DNA of 64,000 bases, taken from contig JBBDPN010000002.1 in NCBI GenBank assembly GCA_040876265.1, positions 3,954-67,953 of the forward strand, in the 5' to 3' direction. Under the pieces are notes generated by a model, which had not been told where the DNA came from, did not search any database, and worked only from the letters and a program-made list of their open reading frames with translations. Below are positions 10,733 to 19,199 of this stretch, in pieces (position 1 is the first letter of the stretch; every line of letters starts with the position of its first letter). A program made the translations under genes and the position numbers. Origin of the DNA: Candidatus Woykebacteria bacterium (lineage in GTDB: Bacteria > Patescibacteriota > Microgenomatia > Woykebacterales > RBG-16-39-9b).

Positions 10733-10840
10733 TTGACAAGCAAGCAGACTACAGGTTAAAATTAAGGGTATAAATAGGTATAATTATACCCTGCTAAGGG
10801 TACAATACGCAGGGTGTAATCCTGCGGATTATACCTTAGG
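10733..10840 (+). promoter_or_regulatory. Sigma70-like promoter followed by six RGGTRYAAW motifs
   Basis: TTGACA(10733)-N18-TAAAAT. Direct and inverted copies of AGGGTATAAT-like motif at 10764..10839. Confidence 0.6.
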
Positions 10841-10848
10841 ACCTACCC

Positions 10849-11271
10849 ATGGAGCTGCCCAACTCTAGCTTCTCTGTAAGCGAGATCATCTCGCAGTACA
10901 GAGAGTACTTAAAATCTCATAACTACTCTACCCCCACGGTCAAAAACTATTTATCTGACCTGCGTCATCTTTTTGTTTGGCTCTCAGAACATCACGGTGA
11001 ATTTCGCTTCTTTCATATAAACGAAGCAAGTCTGCGCACTTACCGTTCTTACCTAAAAGAAAAATTTCGTGCCAGACCCTCCATCGGCGCGCGACGTCTC
11101 TCTTCCCTGCGCAAATTCCTCACTTGGGCAGCTGGGAAAAACTTCATTACACCACAGCTTTACCAGTCAGTAACGCCGGTACTTGAGGCTCTCGAGCGCG
11201 AGCCAGCTACCCCAATTACTCTGGTCCCAGGCAGCGGCATTGCTGGGCAAGCCAAAAAGGAACCCCCCCCC
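10849..11271 (+). CDS. Tyrosine-recombinase N-terminal core-binding (SAM-like) domain; 5' part of a frameshifted gene
   Basis: YREYLK..NYSTPTVKNYLSDLRHLF.W...ARRLSSLRKFLTW. No catalytic domain. C9 tract at 11263..11271. Confidence 0.75.
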
Positions 11272-14119
11272 TGTCCCGGACAAAATACATCAAAAAATAA
11301 TACACCATATCAAACACACTCGACCAGGCTGGTACCATCGCTACCACCAGCGGGATTGGGCCAGCACTTTGCACACCGTGATAATGATCCTCTTTGTGAT
11401 CGCCGTTGGATCTTTGATCCTCTACACCGAAGTGATCAAACCGCAGCTGGATAGTACTCGAGATCAATTTGCCGAAGATCTGGGCGACGTGCTAGCCGCC
11501 GCTTCCCCACCGCGGATACTTTCTTTTCAAGGTAGGCTGACAGACAGCTCTGGAGATCCGGTCACCAGTGCTACCGACGTGGTTTTCAAAATCTATGACG
11601 CGCGAACTGGCGGTACTCTGCTTTGGACATCAAAAACTTGGTCCGTAACTCCGGATTCCAATGGCATTTTCTCGGTTTGTCTTGGCGGCCAAGACACTAC
11701 TGATGACTGTCTGCTCAATGGTGTCGCTGACACCGCTATCCCCTCTACTCTATTTTCCGAAAACGCAGCTTTGTATCTTGGTGTCACCGCCGGAAGCGAC
11801 AGTGAAATGACGCCTCGCCAAAGAATCGCTTCTGTTTCTTACGCCTTAAATTCAGATACTTTGGACGGCTTCCACGGCTCCCAGTCCCCTGGTGCGAACC
11901 AAGTACCGGTGCTTGACGGCAGTGGGAACCTGGCCTTCGCCGGAGCCGCGACCATAAGTACTGGTAGTTCTGGCGCCTTAACCTTGGACTCTGCTTCTGG
12001 AACAGTTGGTCTCGGGTCTGGTGATTTGTTTTTAACAACCGGTCAGACTTCTACTTTTACTTCCAGTACCTCACTTATCACCGCGGACAATGTCTTTGTG
12101 ATTGGTGCCTCAACTGGTACTTTTGTTCAGATGGACGCTCAATCACTTCCCATCCACACGGGTGATATAACAGGTGCGGGCAAATTAATCGGCGTGCGAT
12201 CTTTGTTTGATGATATTGCTGGCAACACCAGCAGAAGGACCCTTGCATCAGTACGTAATTTTGAATCTAGTCTTACCACTATCAGCTATGCCCAGGCGGG
12301 AATCACCATAACTAACTATGCGGGTCTTTGGATAATTGACCCGGAAATGGATGGAGGTGCAAACGACACTATAATCACCAATCCTTACGGTATCTATATT
12401 GAAGATTTCAGCACTAGCGAGGGTGGAACATTTACCAACACGCCCCGCGCAATTTATCAAGCTGGTACAGATGATTACAATATCCTCGCTGGCCAGACCC
12501 GAATCGGTGGCACCAGCGACCCAGCCTCTGGCATCGAGTTGGATGTGACTGGTGACGCAAACGTATCCGGCAGTTATTACCAAGGTGGCACCCAAGGTAT
12601 TACTGCCAATTGCGGTGCCAGCGAATTCCTCCAAGACCCAACTGTCTCCGGCGGTATTGTGACTGCAGGAACCTGTGCCTCAGCTGGAGGTAGTGGCGAG
12701 AGTTTCTTTTCGTTTCTCACCAGCACCAAGACCGGCGCTGGTTATCAGTTTTCGGCGACCGGCCAGGTAAATTCAAACTCGACCGATTTTACGCCAAATA
12801 ACACCGATGGCTCGGTCCAGGCAAATTTTGCCGGCTATGTCTTTGTCACCGCCACCGTCAATTTCGAGTCATATGATGACTCCACCACAGTCACCGCAGT
12901 TGAGGTAAATGGATCCGTGGTAGCTCAAGACAGACTAAGTTACAGCAACGACGAAACAGACATAATTAATTACATCAGCCAGACTGTCACCTGGGCTGGG
13001 GCAGTGGCCGATGGCGATGATATCAGCGTGGATATTCCGACCTTGTCTGGTGCGACCGTCAACAATGATGGAACGGCGGGCGAACAAGCCGGTACACTAG
13101 TAGTCCAGAAGATAAGAACCGGGGCCGATGTAGCCGAGATGTATCCAACGGCTGATCCTACACTTAATGCAGGAGATGTGGTTAGTATAGACCCCTCTCT
13201 TCGCGGCGGAGTAAAAAAATCGGATAAACAATACGATTCACAAGTACTTGGGGTTGTCTCAACTCTTCCCAGTCTAGTGATCGGATCTCCGATTGGGACA
13301 GGTAGTGGGCCTCATCACACGGCAGTTGCTTTGACCGGTCGAGTCCCAGTGAAAGTTTCGGGTGAGAATGGGCCGATTGAGCCCGGAGACTTGCTCACTT
13401 CTTCGTCCACACCAGGTGTGGGAATGAAAGCAACCCGTGCAGGGTACGTAATCGGTCGGGCTCTCACCAGCCTCAGCTGTCCGGGCGTTAACACCTCGGA
13501 GGTGGATAGAACGGTCTCGCCAGATGGTGGCAACCCCTGCCAAGGCACGGTCGTAGTTTTCGTAGGTACCCACTACGCCAACCCCGCTCAACTGGATGAG
13601 TCTGGAGATCTATCCTCAACCTTCGATTGGGATCTGGAAAATGAAGAGAACTTGAAAGCGCTGGCGAAATTGCGAGTGGACAAAGATAACAATATAGTTA
13701 CTTCTATATCAGATGGTAGCAGGTTTATCTGGGAAAACTCTCTCGGTGAGGCAGTCGCTTGGGTAAACAGCGCTGGCGAAGCTTTTTTCCAGAAAGTAAC
13801 CGCCACTGTGGCTGATTTTGGCAAGCTGGTCTTCGGTGAGGCCGTGGTGAAAAAAGAAGCCAAAACGGCCGGGGAAGCCTCCTTCCAGACCAACGAAACC
13901 GAAGTACTGATCAGATCAGACAAAGTGACAGAAGATTCCTTGATAAATCTAACCCCAACTACCAAAACTGGTGGCGTCTCACTCTATGTCAAAGAGAAAA
14001 AGCCTGGTGAAGGCTTCGTAGTAGCTTTAGAGAGGAACTCCGGCGATCTCCCCGACCAAGCTACCGCTTCGGCAACGCAAGCAATCAAATTTACCTGGTT
14101 CATCCTCAACCAAGAATAA
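11263..14119 (+). CDS. Membrane-anchored tail-fibre-like protein with C-terminal autochaperone-like region; 3' part of the frameshifted gene
   Basis: Single TM (VIMILFVIAVGSLILY), LSFQGRLTD...F.IYDA.TGG..LW, EMTPRQRI.SV.YALN, GADVAEMY...GRVPVKVSGENGPI.PGD.LTSS. No convincing independent start. Confidence 0.75.
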
Positions 14120-14126
14120 CAAACCT

Positions 14127-14146
14127 ACACACCAGGGGTGTCAATA
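14127..14146. repeat. REP-like repeat ACACACCAGGGGTGTCAATA flanking RAYT2 (copy 1)
   Basis: Identical 20-mer at 14819..14838. Confidence 0.85.
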
Positions 14147-14150
14147 TAGA

Positions 14151-14801
14151 TTAATCAAGGGTTTGATGTTTGGCAAGCTCCAAGGTTCTACCATAATCTG
14201 CTTGGTCCAAGACGAAAGATCTGTATTTATTTTTAGAAGCTCCTGGAAATAAATCCAGGGTCAATTCGGTATTCACTACACCCAAAGAATTTTTTCCTAT
14301 ATACTCCAGATACGACGACCACTCGTAGGTTGACAAATCATTAGTAAGTCCCCCTACAAGTGGGTTCAAATGAATATATCTCGAAACGTGAAGCAGTAGC
14401 TCGTCAGATTCGATTTTCACTGCTTTAAACGGCCCTTGGAACAGGTGCCCGACTCTCTTGTGTTTTGTGTTGAAATATTTTGTATAACTATTTGACAACC
14501 TGCCAATAAAAGTAGATATTCCATTTTCGGTGTTTTGCCGAAGGAGCATGTGAAAATGGTTTGGCATCAAGCAGTAAACGTAGATTTCAACCAGATTTTG
14601 AGCCGGTGTTTCGTGATCTTTTATCATTTTATGGGATTTAAAAGAAAATCTAGTTGGAACATTGGTTTTTAGATAATAAATCAAAGTATTATAAAAACGA
14701 CGATAGTCTCTTCTATCGTAAAAAATATTTCTTTTTTCTACACCCCTATTGAAAACGTGATAAATACCCCCATCTCCCAATGCTTCTTTACGATATGGCA
14801 T
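14151..14801 (-). CDS. REP-associated tyrosine transposase (RAYT / Y1_Tnp)
   Basis: YHVFNRGVEK, YCLMPNHFHM, VSRYIHLNP, YEWSSY. Confidence 0.85.
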   Translation of the reverse strand: MPYRKEALGDGGIYHVFNRGVEKRNIFYDRRDYRRFYNTLIYYLKTNVPTRFSFKSHKMIKDHETPAQNLVEIYVYCLMPNHFHMLLRQNTENGISTFIGRLSNSYTKYFNTKHKRVGHLFQGPFKAVKIESDELLLHVSRYIHLNPLVGGLTNDLSTYEWSSYLEYIGKNSLGVVNTELTLDLFPGASKNKYRSFVLDQADYGRTLELAKHQTLD

Positions 14802-14818
14802 ACCTATAATTTAAACTC

Positions 14819-14838
14819 ACACACCAGGGGTGTCAATA
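14819..14838. repeat. REP-like repeat flanking RAYT2 (copy 2)
   Basis: Identical to 14127..14146. Confidence 0.85.
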
Positions 14839-14904
14839 CAACATTTTGATCAGACTCAAAACAAGGATGGTCTCCAAAAAGATAACTCTGGGGAAAACTA
14901 GCCC

Positions 14905-16122
14905 TTAAGGCAAGACTGAAAGAGGATTTACGTTGCGGTTACCACGTCTTACCTCCAAATGTAGGTGTGGTCCAGTACAAAAGCCAGTACAACCCACATT
15001 TCCTATTTGTTGCCCCTTTACAACTGCTTGTCCTGCCTTAGCTTTTATTGAAGATAAATGGGCGTAGAGAGTTGTGTAACCATTAGGGTGTGCAATCACC
15101 AAATCATTGCCAAAACCCAAATTACTCCACCCCGCCTCCACTACTGTTCCAGCCATAGCCGCACTCACCACAGCTCCATAAGGAGCACCAATATCAATTG
15201 CCGGGTGCCACCAAGAAGGTGCTTGGTTAAGTGTACCTTTTACAGGCCAGGCGAAAAGACCACTACCACCAGCGTAGTAAATTGGGTAATTCCTTGGTCC
15301 GCTCGGTGCTGTAGGAAGAGGTGTGGGTGGAGGCATCTTGCCTCCAGGTACTATCAAAGACTCGCCAACTCGCAGCTTCAAGGTGTCGTCAATATAATTA
15401 AATGGGTAGTTGGCAATAGTCTGCGCGTTAGCCTTGTACTTTTTTGCGACCGAGTAAATAGTATCGCTCTTTTTTACTTTGTGTATTACACCAGTAACCG
15501 GAGGGACCGCCAAGGTATCCCCTGGCTTTACGGTGTCAACATCGTCCAAATTGTTTGCCCATTTTATAGAATCAACACTAATACTGTAGGCAGAGGCTAC
15601 TTTTGATAAGGTGTCGCCTTTTTCTACCTTATATTTTACTATTTCGGATCGTGGCCGATCGCTTGGGATGAGAGTCACCGGGGTATTTTCTGCGGAAAGT
15701 ACCTGATCTCGTGAAAAATCTTCCGCCGCTACACCGGCTCTAAACAAACTTCCAACCACCAAAGCCACCGAAGCCAAAACTAGTAACCCAACGTGCGTAC
15801 TAGGACGAAAAAGAAGACCTCGCCTCCACATCAACACACTCACAAGAGCATCTTTTATCTGCTCCAGAAAATAAACAAAGGCGACGGCTCGCCTCTGGGT
15901 AAACATAATGTAGTGTAGGGAAAAAGTAAGATAATCCCAGGAAATTTTTAGGCTTGAGACTGAAACAAGCTTCAGCAGCGTCCAAATGAATTTGGCTACC
16001 CCAAGTGGCCACGAAAACCAATTAGGACGCGTGTAAAAATTATCCTGAACAAAATCTAATTCGTATGGATAAGTTGTAGTTGGGTAAGATAAACTACCTT
16101 CCGGATCTTGTTGATTTGTCAT
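14905..16122 (-). CDS. LysM-domain M23 family peptidase
   Basis: Two LysM domains (YKVEKGDTLSKVA; HKVKKSDTIYSVA), HPAIDI, YAHL, TGPHLH. Confidence 0.9.
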   Translation of the reverse strand: MTNQQDPEGSLSYPTTTYPYELDFVQDNFYTRPNWFSWPLGVAKFIWTLLKLVSVSSLKISWDYLTFSLHYIMFTQRRAVAFVYFLEQIKDALVSVLMWRRGLLFRPSTHVGLLVLASVALVVGSLFRAGVAAEDFSRDQVLSAENTPVTLIPSDRPRSEIVKYKVEKGDTLSKVASAYSISVDSIKWANNLDDVDTVKPGDTLAVPPVTGVIHKVKKSDTIYSVAKKYKANAQTIANYPFNYIDDTLKLRVGESLIVPGGKMPPPTPLPTAPSGPRNYPIYYAGGSGLFAWPVKGTLNQAPSWWHPAIDIGAPYGAVVSAAMAGTVVEAGWSNLGFGNDLVIAHPNGYTTLYAHLSSIKAKAGQAVVKGQQIGNVGCTGFCTGPHLHLEVRRGNRNVNPLSVLP

Positions 16123-16383
16123 TTGGCATATTCCCGTCCTGAGCGGAAATGCTTACGTTTTGCAACCACTTCCCGCTCTTCTGGGAGCCCTCCTTAACCT
16201 CGTCTAAACGGGGTCAGCCTGCCTGGCAAAGGAGTCTATAAAAACTATAAAAGCTTAAGTGAACCTCCACTTAAGCTCGACCCCAAAATTATATCACCAC
16301 CGTTGCTAGAGTGTCAAAACCAGGGTACCAAAATTTAGTTGATAGTTAAAGGAAAAAGGGTCGTAAAAAACTTACAAGAGGAA

Positions 16384-17646
16384 TTAACCCACTTCTTTGT
16401 GTAAACTATCCAAAAATTCCTCATTAGTGGCTGTTTTGGATAGTCTTTCCATGAAAAGCTCGGTGCGCTCCATCTCGTTTAGAGTCTCTAGCATCCTTCG
16501 TAATCTCCAAATTTTCTGAAGCGATTTGTCCGCAATTAACAGCTCTTCGTTCCTAGTCCCACTCTTGGATACATCAATAGATGGGAATATTCGTCTCTCC
16601 GACAAACCTCTATCAAGATGAAGTTCCATGTTTCCAGTTCCTTTAAACTCTTCGTAAATCAGATCGTCCATGCGACTGCCTGTTTCGACCAATGCAGTCG
16701 CGATAATAGTCAGCGAGCCGCCATTTTCCAGGTTTCTAGCCGCTCCGAAAAACTTTTTCGGTGGGAAGAGGGCGACCGGGTCAAAACCACCCGAAAGGGT
16801 CCGTCCCGACGGAGGCAGAGCCAGATTGTAGGCGCGGCCCAGACGGGTCATAGAATCAAGAATAATAAATACGTCTCTTCCAGTTTCCACCAAACGCTTT
16901 GCGCGCTCCAGGGAAAGTTCGGCAACTCTAGTTTGGTGTTCTGGCGGATCATCAAAGTTTGAAGACATTACTTCACCTTTTATACTTCGGCTAATATCGG
17001 TAACTTCCTCCGGTCGCTCACCTATAAGTACTGCCATCAGATGAGTTTTTGGGGAATTGGTGGCCACACCGTTGGCAATATCTTTCAAAATTGTCGTTTT
17101 TCCCGCTTTTGGAGGGGAAACTATCATACCTCTTTGACCAAATCCGATCGGTGCAAGAACATCTATAACCCGGGTTGATAGAGGTGTTTTGCCGGTTTCG
17201 AGTTTGACTTGTTTGTCTGGATAAACAGGGGTTAGACTTTCAAATCGAGGCCTTCGAGAGGTTTTTTCCACATCTACGCCATTGAGTTTCAATACTTTGA
17301 GCATTCCGTAGTAGCGCTCGGTGTCTTTTGGTGGTCGCACCTCTCCTTCAACCTCGTCACCAGGGCGAATATCAAAACGTCTTATTTGTGACTGGGAAAT
17401 GTAAATATCCCCCGGACCGGGTGTAAGGCCGTTTGCCCTCAGGAAACCATAACCTTCGCTCATGAGTTCGAGCACGCCCTTTTTTACCTCGGAAGAAGTC
17501 GGTTCGGAGTAACTAGGCCGTTCGGATACTTCGGGGGTAACCAAACCAATTTCCCCAGTACCTTTTTCTAAATCTGCGGTTTGGGTTTGCTTAGTATCCT
17601 CGGAAACGGTTTTTGCAGTTTCTTTGTTTGTTTTTACTTTTGGCAT
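16384..17646 (-). CDS. rho: Transcription termination factor Rho
   Basis: GYGFLR, IGFGQRG.IVSPPKAGKT, IGERPEEVTD, EEFKGTGNMEL. Confidence 0.97.
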   Translation of the reverse strand: MPKVKTNKETAKTVSEDTKQTQTADLEKGTGEIGLVTPEVSERPSYSEPTSSEVKKGVLELMSEGYGFLRANGLTPGPGDIYISQSQIRRFDIRPGDEVEGEVRPPKDTERYYGMLKVLKLNGVDVEKTSRRPRFESLTPVYPDKQVKLETGKTPLSTRVIDVLAPIGFGQRGMIVSPPKAGKTTILKDIANGVATNSPKTHLMAVLIGERPEEVTDISRSIKGEVMSSNFDDPPEHQTRVAELSLERAKRLVETGRDVFIILDSMTRLGRAYNLALPPSGRTLSGGFDPVALFPPKKFFGAARNLENGGSLTIIATALVETGSRMDDLIYEEFKGTGNMELHLDRGLSERRIFPSIDVSKSGTRNEELLIADKSLQKIWRLRRMLETLNEMERTELFMERLSKTATNEEFLDSLHKEVG

Positions 17647-17844
17647 GATGATTAAAAAATGAGTTTAATTTGGGACTTAATAATATTTAATTAGTCTCTT
17701 TCTAATTTGGGAAACATGGATGTTCCGTAGAGAAGTCAAACTTCCGGTAGGAATATCAGCCTAAGTTTTAGCACACAAAATTGTCTTTGTCAATAAGCTC
17801 AAACTTAGTCTAGGACACGCGGGGAAGCAATTTGCCGCCAGCGC

Positions 17845-17869
17845 AAGACGCTTCGGCGTCTTCTTTTTG
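17845..17869. terminator. Hairpin terminator
   Basis: AAGACG-CTTCGG-CGTCTT with adjacent T run, just past the stop of 17875..19029. Confidence 0.45.
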
Positions 17870-17874
17870 AAGCT

Positions 17875-19029
17875 TTAGGCCTTTCTTCGAAACTTCTTTA
17901 GAGCCAAACCAGCTGGCACGCTACCAAAAAGTAGCAGCATAGCTAGTCCCGGACCAGTATCCGGCAGTACGCTCACTGGAACTTCTTTTTCCTCAAGTAC
18001 TTCTGGCTTGATCACTTTAACTTTGAAGGTAACAAATCTTTCAAATTCAAAGCAACCTTTGATAGTTTTTAGGGAAACTCCACTAGAAAACAGTTTGCTT
18101 TGACCGTTTACATCAGCTACCAGCTGCCCTTCGCTTTTATCAGCGTGGACAAAAGTTCTAGTAGTACCAGGGATGTATTCAAGTCTAGCAAAGTATGGAG
18201 TCGTCACTGTCGCAGTATCAGAGATCGTGTCAAAATTGTCTCCCGAAACAAGAGCTTTGTTGACAAATTTTTCTGCTTCTGCAGTAGGAAGAACGTCTTT
18301 CACTACTACGTCTTTGGCTTCGCTACCAACCACGCTGTTGTGCACCCAAATTCTGTATTCCAGTATGTCACCATCACTAGTAGTTACACTATCATTTACG
18401 AAACCGCTGTTGGTGGTGATGTTTCTCACTTCTTTCTTCATCTCCATATTTGGATCTGGCTTTGGAGTCTGAACGCTCTCATTTACAATATCAGCGTAAA
18501 ATACGTACCAATGTTTGTACTGCACATCGCCACCACGGATCTTGTTAATCTTCAGACCTTGTGGTGTGATAAGCGGAGAGAGTCCGTTTACATCTGGAAT
18601 TGCGGTGCCAACGCTATCGTTGTAACCGTAAACCCGGGTGCTACCGATACGATAGATAAGTTTCTTACCAGAAGGCAATTTAATATTTGCATCAGAAAAC
18701 GAAAGTGGTGTGTGGCTAGTCTTTAGTAAAGCCCTATTTTTTACGTTGCCTGTTTGATCAAAAGGAAACTCATCTCTCAAAAGACCATCTGTGTAGGTGG
18801 TATTTGTCGGATTGTAAACGTAAATACGAAATATTACAGGCTTACCAGTATCAGTAATATTAAGATCCTGAGTAAAGGACCCGCTGCCCTCTTGTTTAGC
18901 TTGTTTTATGAAATCAATCTGGTTGGTGGCGTCAGCGTTGCTGAGAAAAGGAACGGTGACAGAGCCGAGCAAAAACGCTAGACCAAAAGTAAATATTGAA
19001 AGTGATTTTAGAACTGTTCTGTTTTTCAT
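17875..19029 (-). CDS. Secreted protein with two DUF11-like repeats and an LPDTG sortase-type C-terminal signal
   Basis: Signal peptide, internal duplication (..YRIGSTRVY../..YIPGTTRTF..), LPDTG + hydrophobic + KKFRRKA. Confidence 0.75.
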   Translation of the reverse strand: MKNRTVLKSLSIFTFGLAFLLGSVTVPFLSNADATNQIDFIKQAKQEGSGSFTQDLNITDTGKPVIFRIYVYNPTNTTYTDGLLRDEFPFDQTGNVKNRALLKTSHTPLSFSDANIKLPSGKKLIYRIGSTRVYGYNDSVGTAIPDVNGLSPLITPQGLKINKIRGGDVQYKHWYVFYADIVNESVQTPKPDPNMEMKKEVRNITTNSGFVNDSVTTSDGDILEYRIWVHNSVVGSEAKDVVVKDVLPTAEAEKFVNKALVSGDNFDTISDTATVTTPYFARLEYIPGTTRTFVHADKSEGQLVADVNGQSKLFSSGVSLKTIKGCFEFERFVTFKVKVIKPEVLEEKEVPVSVLPDTGPGLAMLLLFGSVPAGLALKKFRRKA

Positions 19030-19199
19030 TACTGCGTATAATAACATAGACTATAGGGCTTGTCAATACCCTAATTACTCTATCCCTTTCCGCAAGCTGC
19101 AATATCAATTACAGTCTATGAAAAGGGAGGGAGTACACCAACACGCAGATGCGCGGATGTACTCCCTTATCTCCCTCTCCTTTATTTCTTCCTCTCTAT

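Noticed and set aside
10849-14119. Prophage (integrase plus tail fibre)
   Set aside because: No catalytic integrase domain, capsid, terminase or portal genes, and the fibre-like protein is membrane-anchored.
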